A DNA stretch of 64,000 bases from the NCBI GenBank assembly GCA_050015175.1, contig JBEKBX010000005.1:9069-73068 (forward strand), read 5' to 3'. The translations under genes and the position numbers were made by a program. A model generated the notes under the pieces. That model ran no database searches, had not been told where the DNA came from, and worked only from the letters and a program-made list of their open reading frames with translations. Origin of the DNA: Acidimicrobiales bacterium. GTDB lineage: Bacteria; Actinomycetota; Acidimicrobiia; Acidimicrobiales; Bog-793. This document shows, one piece after another, positions 6,915 through 15,177 of the stretch; position 1 is the stretch's first letter, and each line of letters starts with the position of its first letter.

Positions 6915-8923
6915 ATGATCGGTGGACGGGGATCCAGGTCTCCCGGCGGGTCTGGGAGCGACTCGATGTCACCCGGACTCACAGGCTGTTTCGGGCTGAC
7001 CGCGCCTACAGCCGCGAGTGACGGGACACCCAGATCCGCCACAGGTGGTGCCTCTGGCTCTCCGTAGTGGTAGGGGTCGGCGAGCACAACTGGGATCCGC
7101 TCGAAATCGAACCATGGCACGGGCGTCGCCGTCTGCCATTCGAGACCGTTCGAGTTCCACGGGTTGTCCGCCGCTTTCACCGGGTCGATGTAGACCGACC
7201 ATACGAAATTGAAGATGAAGATTAGGAACGACGCCCCAAGCAGATAGGCACTGACAGAGGAAATGTCGTTCAGCGTCTGCAGGTTCTGGGCGTACTCAAA
7301 GACACGCCTTGGCTGGCCCAAGAGGCCTACGAGGAACAGCGGGAAGAACGTGAAGTTGAAGAAGACGAAGAACGTCCAGAAGTGGGCCTTGGCGAGCCTC
7401 TGGTTGAGCTGCTTCCCGGTCATCTTGGGTAGCCAGTAATAAAGGCCTCCGAACAAGGCGAAGATCAACCCGCCCATGATCGTGTAGTGGAAGTGGGCCA
7501 TCACGAAGAAGCTCCCATGGACCGTCACGTCAACCGGGACGTCCGAGAGGAAGACACCGGTGATCCCCCCGATGAGGAAGTTGAAAAGCATGCCCAGGCA
7601 GAAGAGCATCGGGACCTCGAAGCGGATCTTCGCTTTCCAAAGGGTCCCGAGGGTGACCAGGTATAAGAACCCGGTCGGGATGGAGATCAGTTCCGTGGTC
7701 AACATGAACAACGGCCGCATGTCGGGGTTGATGCCGCTCTGGAACAGGTGGTGCTGCCATACGAAGAAGGACAGCAGTGCCACGCCTATCATCCCGGCGG
7801 CGGCCACCCGGTAGGCGAAGAGAGGCTTTCTCGTGAACACCGGCAGCATCTCCATCACGATGCCGAAGCCTGGCAACGCCATGATGTAGACCTCGGGATG
7901 ACCGAAGAACCAGAAGAGGTTCTCCCACAAGAAGCTGCTTCCTCCGTGTTCGGTCACATAGAACGCGGTCTGAACCGTGCGGTCCAGCACGCCGAGGTAA
8001 CCCGCCACGATGAGCGTGGGGGTCGCCAACACCAGTAAGGCTGTCGTGGCCAGGATTGACCATACGAAGATGGGGATTCGGCTCCAGGTCATGCCCGGTG
8101 CACGGTAATTGATGATCGTCGCGGCAAGGTTGAAGCCGGCCATGATCATTCCCACACCTATCACCGCGAAACCGACGAGATAAGCGTCCATACCGGGATT
8201 AGCCTGGGTCTGCAGCGGCGCATAGCCCGTCCAACCAGTCGGGAATCCCCCAAGCGGCAGGGCAGTCATGATCACCAGGTACCCGGCCGTGAAGACCCAA
8301 AACGAGAACGCCTCCACCCGGGGATAGGCCATTCTGCGCGAACCGATCATCAACGGGACCAACCAGTTGCCGAGGGGGCCGACGACGGCCGACGAGGCCA
8401 TCATCATCATCATCGTGCCGTGCTCGCCGACGAGGGCGATGTAGGTCCCCGGACCGAAAACGTGGCTGGTGGGACTGAGCAGCTCTGTACGGATGGCCAT
8501 TGCCAGCAGGCCGGCGGTGAACATGAAGACCAGTACGCCGATCAGGTATTGCAAGCCGACGACCTTGTGATCTTCGGTCAGGCGGAAATACCGCACCCAT
8601 GAGCGCGTCGGCAGCGCAGGCGTCGGTTCGCGACCGAGCATCTTCAACAAGGGGTAAGTGAGCCCGCCGATGCCGATGAGCCACCCGAGGACACCGAAGG
8701 ACAGCCCGAACACGACCGCGACGTTGTTCATGGTCGTGTTCTGACTGACGGGCCAGCTCCCGGCGATCAGATCGCCGACATATCGGCCAAGGAACCATCC
8801 TACGACGGCGCCTACTATGGCCCAGCCCATGTGTGGCTTGAGCCAGTCAGGGCGTCTGTCGAGGCCCGCGCGCCCAGTCGCGACCTCACCAGGAAATGGT
8901 GACCCGGCTGTGTCCTGTGCCAT
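6911..8923 (-). CDS. ctaD: Heme-copper oxidase subunit I (A-type, cytochrome c oxidase subunit I)
   Basis: 670-aa ORF with WFFGHPEVYIMALPGFG, VWQHHLF, MAHFHYTIMGG, GQPRRV and LGNWLVPLMIG. All canonical heme and CuB histidines are present. Confidence 0.95.
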   Translation of the reverse strand: MAQDTAGSPFPGEVATGRAGLDRRPDWLKPHMGWAIVGAVVGWFLGRYVGDLIAGSWPVSQNTTMNNVAVVFGLSFGVLGWLIGIGGLTYPLLKMLGREPTPALPTRSWVRYFRLTEDHKVVGLQYLIGVLVFMFTAGLLAMAIRTELLSPTSHVFGPGTYIALVGEHGTMMMMMASSAVVGPLGNWLVPLMIGSRRMAYPRVEAFSFWVFTAGYLVIMTALPLGGFPTGWTGYAPLQTQANPGMDAYLVGFAVIGVGMIMAGFNLAATIINYRAPGMTWSRIPIFVWSILATTALLVLATPTLIVAGYLGVLDRTVQTAFYVTEHGGSSFLWENLFWFFGHPEVYIMALPGFGIVMEMLPVFTRKPLFAYRVAAAGMIGVALLSFFVWQHHLFQSGINPDMRPLFMLTTELISIPTGFLYLVTLGTLWKAKIRFEVPMLFCLGMLFNFLIGGITGVFLSDVPVDVTVHGSFFVMAHFHYTIMGGLIFALFGGLYYWLPKMTGKQLNQRLAKAHFWTFFVFFNFTFFPLFLVGLLGQPRRVFEYAQNLQTLNDISSVSAYLLGASFLIFIFNFVWSVYIDPVKAADNPWNSNGLEWQTATPVPWFDFERIPVVLADPYHYGEPEAPPVADLGVPSLAAVGAVSPKQPVSPGDIESLPDPPGDLDPRPPIM
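8399..8413 (-). repeat. (CAT)5 on + strand = (ATG)5 trinucleotide repeat encoding MMMMM within subunit I
   Basis: Read directly: gcc atc atc atc atc atc gtg on + strand. The reverse frame gives EHGTMMMMMASS. Confidence 0.9.
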
Positions 8924-8972
8924 GCCGCTCAGCTACCTCCATAACCGAGATGGGCCCGGTCGCGCACGAACG

Positions 8973-10022
8973 TCACGTCCTGCCCTTGCCCGTCGTCTCG
9001 ACCGGGAGCGGTTCACCCGGCTGCTTTGCTCCGTAGGTCAAGACAGGGCTGTAGGGGTCCACATTGTCGGGGTAGTACCCGCCGTCAGCGCCGTTCGCGT
9101 CCGGTGTGTAGGTCCAGGCGAAGGGGGGCAGGAACTTGGTGTTCGCGGCGAGCTGGTGTTCGGTGGTCTCGGCCCAGGACTGGAACTGGAGTTCTGTCAC
9201 CACCTTTCCCGAGTTGTACATGGCACCGTGCCACAGTCCGCACAACTCGTCGCAGCGCACGACGAACGTGCCGAGCTGATCGGGGGTTGTGTACGCGACA
9301 TCGTCCTGCCCGGGGTTGGCGTCGGCCTTCACGCCGAGCTGGTAGACCCAGAAGTCGTGGACCACGTCCAACGACGTGACATGGAAGGCGATCGCGGTGT
9401 GATCCGGGACGACGAGGTCAGTCGTTTCAAAGCCTCCGAAGGTCGGGTAGCGGTAGGTCCATTTCCACTGCTGGCCGATCACCTGGATGGGCAGCACGTC
9501 ATGTGAGGCGGGGGTCCAGATCGGCGCGGGTCCCTGTCCACCACCGGCGCCCTCGGGCTGCACGAGCTCATAGGTTCCAAAACCGAAGAGGAACAGCACG
9601 AGCACAGTCGTGGTGACGATCCAGGTGGACTGAATTCGCACGTTGCTTCGGGCCTTAGGCCCACCAACCGGCTCGGGGCCGTTACGCGACGCCCGCCAGT
9701 TGACGATTGCGTACCCCATGTAGATCCACACCGCGAGCATTACCGGCAAAGCGGCGATGATCAGGATGTTGAAGTCGAACTGCGCCCCGTCGGCCGTGTT
9801 GCTCATCGTCCCGGGCGGGATATGTGGCCCGGCCAGGTAGTAGAAGAGCGGGTCGGCGATCGCGGACAGCAAGATCCAGAGGCCGGCCATGCGCCACCCG
9901 TGCCGCGGCTCGCTGTCCGACCCGCTCCTCGACGAGGGGCGAGCGCCGCCGCTTGCCGCCGGGTCGCCGTTGCTAAGCGGCTCGTGTGGCCCCTCGGTGA
10001 GCCCCGCGTCGTAGCCCGGCAT
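8973..10022 (-). CDS. ctaC: Cytochrome c oxidase subunit II (CuA cupredoxin, no fused cytochrome c domain)
   Basis: Start set at ATG 10022 (ATGA overlap with upstream gene) rather than track start 10463. TM helices, QQWKWTYRYP, and a complete CuA motif HDFW...CDELCGLWHGAM. Confidence 0.9.
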   Translation of the reverse strand: MPGYDAGLTEGPHEPLSNGDPAASGGARPSSRSGSDSEPRHGWRMAGLWILLSAIADPLFYYLAGPHIPPGTMSNTADGAQFDFNILIIAALPVMLAVWIYMGYAIVNWRASRNGPEPVGGPKARSNVRIQSTWIVTTTVLVLFLFGFGTYELVQPEGAGGGQGPAPIWTPASHDVLPIQVIGQQWKWTYRYPTFGGFETTDLVVPDHTAIAFHVTSLDVVHDFWVYQLGVKADANPGQDDVAYTTPDQLGTFVVRCDELCGLWHGAMYNSGKVVTELQFQSWAETTEHQLAANTKFLPPFAWTYTPDANGADGGYYPDNVDPYSPVLTYGAKQPGEPLPVETTGKGRT

Positions 10023-10684
10023 CAGGCGACGACCTTCATGAAGCCGTCCATCCAGCCGACCGTCTGCATCGGGCCCCCGTTCCCGTACAAGAAGCCGAGA
10101 GCGCAGGGGACGAAACACTGCCAGGGATAGGTACCCGGCCCCGGGCTCATGAATGAGAACTTGACGATGTTGTGCGGTGAGGTGGTGCACGGAGCGGCGC
10201 TGCACAAATCCGCATTCGCATTGTTGCCGTACAGCGGCACGTTGATCCCGAGGCTGGGCATCGAGAAGGTGTGACCGACTCCGTTGCCGGCGTTCGCGTT
10301 GACGACACTGAAGACTTTGCCGTTGAGTGTGGCTATGCCGCCGAGAGTGCCCTGCACCGTGCCGATCTGCTGGTTGCGCAATGCGCTCCCAGAGTCGTAC
10401 TGGTAGATCGTCACGTTGACCTTCGTGTGCGCAGGCACCTGCCAAGTCGTGGTGTGCAACCATTGGCCGTCAGGCGAACGGGTCATGTACGACACCCACG
10501 TCGCGTGTATGCCATGGCCGTAGGAACCCACGGTCTGCATCGTGACGTCGACAGCTTGGCCCGGGCTCGAGGTGTAGTCGACTGTGTTCGGCTGGGATGT
10601 GAGATTCGAAAGCGCGAAACTCACGCCGCCTGCTACCGCGGCGAGCAGCACGAGTGTGATGGCCACCCTGCCAGTCCTCTGCAC
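10022..10684 (-). CDS. Signal-anchored cupredoxin-like protein, paralogous to the CuA domain of subunit II
   Basis: 220 aa with N-terminal TM/signal (RVAITLVLLAAVAGGVSFA). Its C-terminal half aligns with the subunit II cupredoxin (GVGHTFSMPSLGINVPL; PGTYPWQCFVPCA). First gene of the oxidase operon. Confidence 0.6.
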   Translation of the reverse strand: MQRTGRVAITLVLLAAVAGGVSFALSNLTSQPNTVDYTSSPGQAVDVTMQTVGSYGHGIHATWVSYMTRSPDGQWLHTTTWQVPAHTKVNVTIYQYDSGSALRNQQIGTVQGTLGGIATLNGKVFSVVNANAGNGVGHTFSMPSLGINVPLYGNNANADLCSAAPCTTSPHNIVKFSFMSPGPGTYPWQCFVPCALGFLYGNGGPMQTVGWMDGFMKVVA

Positions 10685-10900
10685 GGCACCCCCCTGATGC
10701 CTTCCCCCACTTCAGTGTGCGAGATTATCCTCCCGCTCGCCGCGTCCGGTCAATAGAGGTGACGCGCACGGCTGACCGGAGCCACGGTGTGCCGCCTCGC
10801 GTTGCCGCTCATCACGGTCGACGGTAGATTGCGGTGGACGATTCTCGAGGTACGCGGAGACACTGCTTCCGCGGTGTCTCCGCCAAGGGGGGCGACTGGC

Positions 10901-11341
10901 GTGTACAAGGTGATAGTCGTCGGCACAGACGGTTCCGAGCGGGCGTCGGTCGCCTACAGACACGCCCTCGAACTCGCAAAGATGTCAGGGGCCGAGCTGC
11001 ACGCCGTTCAAGTAGTGCATCTCGCGGTCAAGGCGGGATTCGCCGATTCGAGCGGAGGGCAGCTTGAGGTCGACCAGATGCGGGAGCATGCTGAACGCAG
11101 CAACGCAGCGCTGGTCGCCGAGGCTGAACGCCAGGGTGTCTCCGTCCAAGTGCACAATCCTGGCGCAGCCGACGTGGCTGATGCCCTGATCAGCGTCGCC
11201 GAGGATGTCGGTGCCGACCTTATCGTGGTCGGGAACAGGGGCATGAGTGGCATGAGCCGCTTCGTGCTCGGAAGCGTCCCCAACAAGGTTTCCCATCACG
11301 CGCCCTGCAGCCTGTTGATCGTCAATACCGAACCCAATTGA
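10901..11341 (+). CDS. Universal stress protein (UspA family)
   Basis: GTG at 10901 with AAGGGGGG upstream. YKVIVVGTDGSERA... and C-terminal DLIVVGNRGMSGMSRFVLGSVPNKVSHHAPCSLLIV. Confidence 0.85.
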   Translation: MYKVIVVGTDGSERASVAYRHALELAKMSGAELHAVQVVHLAVKAGFADSSGGQLEVDQMREHAERSNAALVAEAERQGVSVQVHNPGAADVADALISVAEDVGADLIVVGNRGMSGMSRFVLGSVPNKVSHHAPCSLLIVNTEPN

Positions 11342-11474
11342 CTCAACCGTTCAGAGGTCGTCAGTACCTAGGAGATGGCCACGACGTGGCGCCCGAGGGT
11401 TCGAGATGGGACAGATGCGCGGTGCGTAGTGCTACTGCTTGTCGCCGTCGTCCCGGAAAGGGGGAACTGACTGA

Positions 11475-11690
11475 ATGGCCGCCAAGGGTCAACACAGCGC
11501 GACGACAGGTGCAATTTGTCCGAACTGCCACGAACTGCTCCAGGAGAACCTGCGACAGGAGGTCTTGACGGCACGCGGATCATCTGAGGATTCGCCGACA
11601 ATCTCGGTGGCCGTCACCTTCTGCGGTGTGTGCGGTTTCACGCTCGCGACGAATCCGGAGACTTATCGTGGTCGCGCACGAGGAGCGTGA
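11475..11690 (+). CDS. Small zinc-ribbon-like protein (71 aa), hypothetical
   Basis: Two Cys pairs, ICPNCHELL ... TFCGVCGFTL. AAGGGGGA lies about 10 nt upstream of the ATG. Moderate GC3. Confidence 0.4.
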   Translation: MAAKGQHSATTGAICPNCHELLQENLRQEVLTARGSSEDSPTISVAVTFCGVCGFTLATNPETYRGRARGA

Positions 11691-11888
11691 AGAAGCGGCG
11701 CGGCGCCGCGCCGCCTCCGGAGGGTGGCCGCCGTAGCGACAGTTGCGTGTCGCGCCCTCGCCGTCGATGCGCGTTCTTCATTTCGGCGCCGTTTGGTGTT
11801 GCCCGCACGAGCGGAACGGATCTGCTTTTGACCGAACTTCCCGCGGCGAGACGATTGCAGTCCGGTGCCATGCAGACAGGAGACGACC

Positions 11889-12296
11889 ATGAGCGACTTT
11901 CCAGCTAAGGACCTGGGTGAGATCGTCCTAACGAAGCTCGCCAAGGGCTCTGTGAATGACACGGTAGCGAAACTCAGTCGGCTTGTGGAAGCTCGCGGAC
12001 TGACACTTTTCGCGATCGTCGACCACAGCGGCGAGGCGCGTCGGACGGGCCTAGAGCTGCGCGACACCAAGGTCGTGATCTTCGGCAGCCCAGAGGCGGG
12101 AACGCCTGTGATGCAATCGGTGCCGCTCGTCGCGCTGGATCTCCCGCTCAAAGTGCTCGTCTGGGACGACCGCGGGCAGACGAAAGTGAGCTATACCGCT
12201 CCCGCTGTTCTTGCGGAGCGCTACCACCTGACCGACGAGCTCGCGGATCGGCTCGCAGGAATCGGCCCGATCACCGACGCACTGGTCGCCAGCTGA
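11889..12296 (+). CDS. DUF302 domain protein
   Basis: ATG at 11889 preceded by AGGAG. Sequence VNDTVAKLSRLVEARGLTLFAIVDHSGEARRTGLELRDTKVVIFGSPEAGTPVMQ...LDLPLKVLVWDD matches the DUF302 pattern. Confidence 0.8.
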   Translation: MSDFPAKDLGEIVLTKLAKGSVNDTVAKLSRLVEARGLTLFAIVDHSGEARRTGLELRDTKVVIFGSPEAGTPVMQSVPLVALDLPLKVLVWDDRGQTKVSYTAPAVLAERYHLTDELADRLAGIGPITDALVAS

Positions 12297-12542
12297 CGCC
12301 GCATTCCCTAAGGTTGCTTGCCCGGAGGCCGGCGGAGGTCCACGATGGTCCAGCGCCCGCGGCGCATACCTGTTCCCAGCCTTGTGGTCGTATCCAGTCC
12401 ACGTTCTCGGACCGGACGAAGACCCGACTTGGGGCCAGGGTGCCGGCCGCCGTCGCACGTCGTCGAGATCACGCGCGTTCGCCGGTCCCTCAACCTGCAA
12501 AGTGCGGTCAGGGATTGCGGCGACTTCGCTCATGGCCGCTCA

Positions 12543-13229
12543 TCACGTGACGAGCAACCCGCCGTCGACGACTAGGTCGTGAGCGTTGATGCCCTCATTG
12601 CGGAGAAGGAACTCCGTGGCGTCAGCGATCTCGGCCATCGTCACGAGGCGCCCTATTGGCGTTCGCGGAATGTGGGGGTGATGGGGCACATCTCTCCATT
12701 TCGGACTGTCCCCGACGACGCCTGGGTGGAGGGCATTCACGCGGTGAGGGGCGATCTCGATCGCGAGGGTCCTAGTCAGACCGCTCACCCCTCCATTGAA
12801 GGTTGTGACCATCGTCGAACCCGGGTAGGGCCTGTCCTTGGCGAGGCCACCGAACAGCACAACCGATGCCCCGGTCGCGAACCGCGGATGGAGGACTCGG
12901 ACGACTTCTGTGTATCCCACGAGCTTGACAGTCACCGACCTGATCGCTTGTCCGATGTCGTAGTCGCGGAGACTGTTCACGGCTTGCTCGATGGCGGTGA
13001 TCACGAGATTGTCCACCTGTCGAATGCTCGTGAGGGCGTCTTCGATCGTCTCAGGCTGAGCTAGGTCCAAGGCGACGCCGCGCGTGCCGGGACCGATCTC
13101 CTTCGCCACTGCATCCGCTCTAGCCGCGTCTCTACTTGTGATCACCACCTCGTCGCCACGGTCCGCGAGCCGCTGCGCGATCAGCAGTCCGATGCCGCTA
13201 CTTCCCCCGACAATTACTGAATGAGCCAT
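12543..13229 (-). CDS. SDR family oxidoreductase
   Basis: N-terminal Rossmann motif VIVGGSSGIGLLIAQRLADRGDEVVITSRD; 228 aa, typical SDR length. Confidence 0.85.
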   Translation of the reverse strand: MAHSVIVGGSSGIGLLIAQRLADRGDEVVITSRDAARADAVAKEIGPGTRGVALDLAQPETIEDALTSIRQVDNLVITAIEQAVNSLRDYDIGQAIRSVTVKLVGYTEVVRVLHPRFATGASVVLFGGLAKDRPYPGSTMVTTFNGGVSGLTRTLAIEIAPHRVNALHPGVVGDSPKWRDVPHHPHIPRTPIGRLVTMAEIADATEFLLRNEGINAHDLVVDGGLLVT

Positions 13230-13278
13230 GTCTCGTTGTCCTCTTCCTCTGCAGATACCGCCGCCGTGGGAGCGAAAG

Positions 13279-14175
13279 TCATGGGAGCCCCGCGTTCAGC
13301 CTTGCGATCTCAGCGAAGGCGCTCCAGTCCTTCGCGCCTAGCCCCATTGCGAGCGCGCTCAGTGTCCGATCGCAAACGATTGCAGCGTAGGGAAGCGGTG
13401 ATTGTACTGCCGCGGCAGCGGCAAGCATCAACTGCAGATCCTTGAGACCGGTCGCCATCTCGAATCCCACCTCGTCATAGTCGCGCTCGCCGATGCGTTG
13501 GAGATAGCCCGCAACACCCGGGTGGCCCTGAAGCTCCCGCAACATCTGCATCGCTATCTCGTGGTTCACGCCGGACTTCTCTGTGAAGGCGAGGAACTCG
13601 CCGAACAGTTCGGCGGTCGACGCCACGTAGAAATTGAAAGCGAGCTTCAGGCTGTTGGCAGTGCCCGGTGTTGCTCCGACGTGGAGGACGCGAGCGCTGT
13701 ACGCGGCGATGCAGGACCGAGCGCGCTCCAGATCCTCGGAAGAGCCGCCTACGAGGCTTACCAGCTCACCAGCATTTGCGACGTTGGGACGACCGAGCAC
13801 CGGTGCCGCGAGGAACTGCTGGCCGTGCGAGCTGTGAAGCACGGCGATTTCGTCGGAGCAGCCGGGGGAGACCGTGGACGTCGACACGTGGACCGCACCG
13901 GTGGCCATGCCTGCGAGCAGCCCGTCCTCGGCTGAGACGACGCCGCGGAGCGCGTCGTCGTCGAGGAGACTGCTTATGACGACAACCGCTCCGGCCGCCG
14001 CGCCCGCGGGGCTGCGAGCGACGGTCGCGCCCGCGGCAACAAGCGGTGCAGCCTTGTCCGCTGTCCGGTTGTAGACGCGTACCTGATAGCCGTGTCGTAA
14101 CAGGCTCCGAACAATGCCTGCACCCATCCGACCGAGTCCGATGACCGCGACCGGCGGTTCCTCAGTTAGGGACAC
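13279..14175 (-). CDS. NAD(P)-dependent dehydrogenase, 3-hydroxyisobutyrate/6-phosphogluconate dehydrogenase-like
   Basis: VAVIGLGRMGAGIVRSLLRHGYQVRVYNRT dinucleotide-binding motif; 298 aa with an all-helical C-terminal domain pattern. Confidence 0.8.
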   Translation of the reverse strand: MSLTEEPPVAVIGLGRMGAGIVRSLLRHGYQVRVYNRTADKAAPLVAAGATVARSPAGAAAGAVVVISSLLDDDALRGVVSAEDGLLAGMATGAVHVSTSTVSPGCSDEIAVLHSSHGQQFLAAPVLGRPNVANAGELVSLVGGSSEDLERARSCIAAYSARVLHVGATPGTANSLKLAFNFYVASTAELFGEFLAFTEKSGVNHEIAMQMLRELQGHPGVAGYLQRIGERDYDEVGFEMATGLKDLQLMLAAAAAVQSPLPYAAIVCDRTLSALAMGLGAKDWSAFAEIARLNAGLP

Positions 14176-14379
14176 AGGCGGCTCCTCTCGGCTCCCTGGG
14201 GCCCCGCAGACCCTATCGGCTCCCGGGATTCAAGCGGCCCCTGGAAAGCCAACTGCTTCTTGCGTCGCTTCGCAGGAGCAACCCGGCACGCCAGCGCACT
14301 CGGGCCGTAATGATGGGGAACCAGGTCGGGCGGTTCGCTCGGCACGGACGCATCAGGTGCTCCAACCCGGTGAGCGGGA

Positions 14380-15177
14380 TCACGCTAAGACGAAGGAGCC
14401 GTATCCCACCACTCGCGTGAGATCGCCTACCGTGTCGGCCGAGGTGCGGAGATCCAACTGCTCGACTTTCATCTCGCGCCTTGCTGCCAAGCTGAGCAGG
14501 CCGCGCAACGCGTAAACCCCGCAGGCATCGGCGGGAGACACTCCCTTTGGGTTGCGGGCGATGATCGCCGCGGCGGTTCGGTTGTCCATACGTCGGGCGG
14601 TTTCACGGTCGTGGTAGTGGCTCAGGTCGGTGCTAACGACCACCAGGGTCTCGGGCCCACCCCAAACGCGGCTCAGCAACTGTGCGACTGCGGCTGTCGA
14701 CACCGTTCCGACCAAGAGAGGCAGCACTCTTACCGGACCGAGGACGAACTGAATGAATGGCAGTTGAACCTCGAGGCTGTGCTCGGCGAGGTGCGCCAAG
14801 TCGGAGACCGATACGAGTCTGTCCCTGACGACCGCATCTCGAGACGCGGAGTCGACCTCAAGCACACCCAGTGGCGTGGAGAAGGCATCTGCCCCTGACG
14901 CGGCGATGTCTCCCAATGCGACGGTGTGCGCGGGACCGAGCAGCACGACTCGTTGCACGTGGCCCCTGCCCGTGGCCACCCGCGCATAGGCGCTCGCAGC
15001 AACTGGCGCCGAGTAGACATAGCCAGCATGGGGCACGATGATCGCTTTCGGCACCGATCCCGCAGACCCTCTGAAGCGAGCGGAACTGAGTAGGCGGCGC
15101 ATGGTTTCGGTGAGGATCGCCGTATCCTCCGGATAGAAGGTGCCAGCGACTGCAGGCGGACGTATGACAGAGCTCAT
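14380..15177 (-). CDS. AmmeMemoRadiSam system protein B (Memo-like)
   Basis: IRPPAVAGTFYPED, IVPHAGYVYSAPVAASAY and STDLSHYH motifs. Start overlaps the stop of the radical SAM gene (15174..15177). Confidence 0.85.
   Translation of the reverse strand: MSSVIRPPAVAGTFYPEDTAILTETMRRLLSSARFRGSAGSVPKAIIVPHAGYVYSAPVAASAYARVATGRGHVQRVVLLGPAHTVALGDIAASGADAFSTPLGVLEVDSASRDAVVRDRLVSVSDLAHLAEHSLEVQLPFIQFVLGPVRVLPLLVGTVSTAAVAQLLSRVWGGPETLVVVSTDLSHYHDRETARRMDNRTAAAIIARNPKGVSPADACGVYALRGLLSLAARREMKVEQLDLRTSADTVGDLTRVVGYGSFVLA

Noticed and set aside
10023-10463. 147-codon N-terminal extension of the subunit II ORF (track ORF 8973..10463)
   Set aside because: The extension overlaps the cupredoxin gene in another frame and is Arg/Gln/His-rich. 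ATG at 10022 gives an ATGA junction and a normal subunit II N-terminus.
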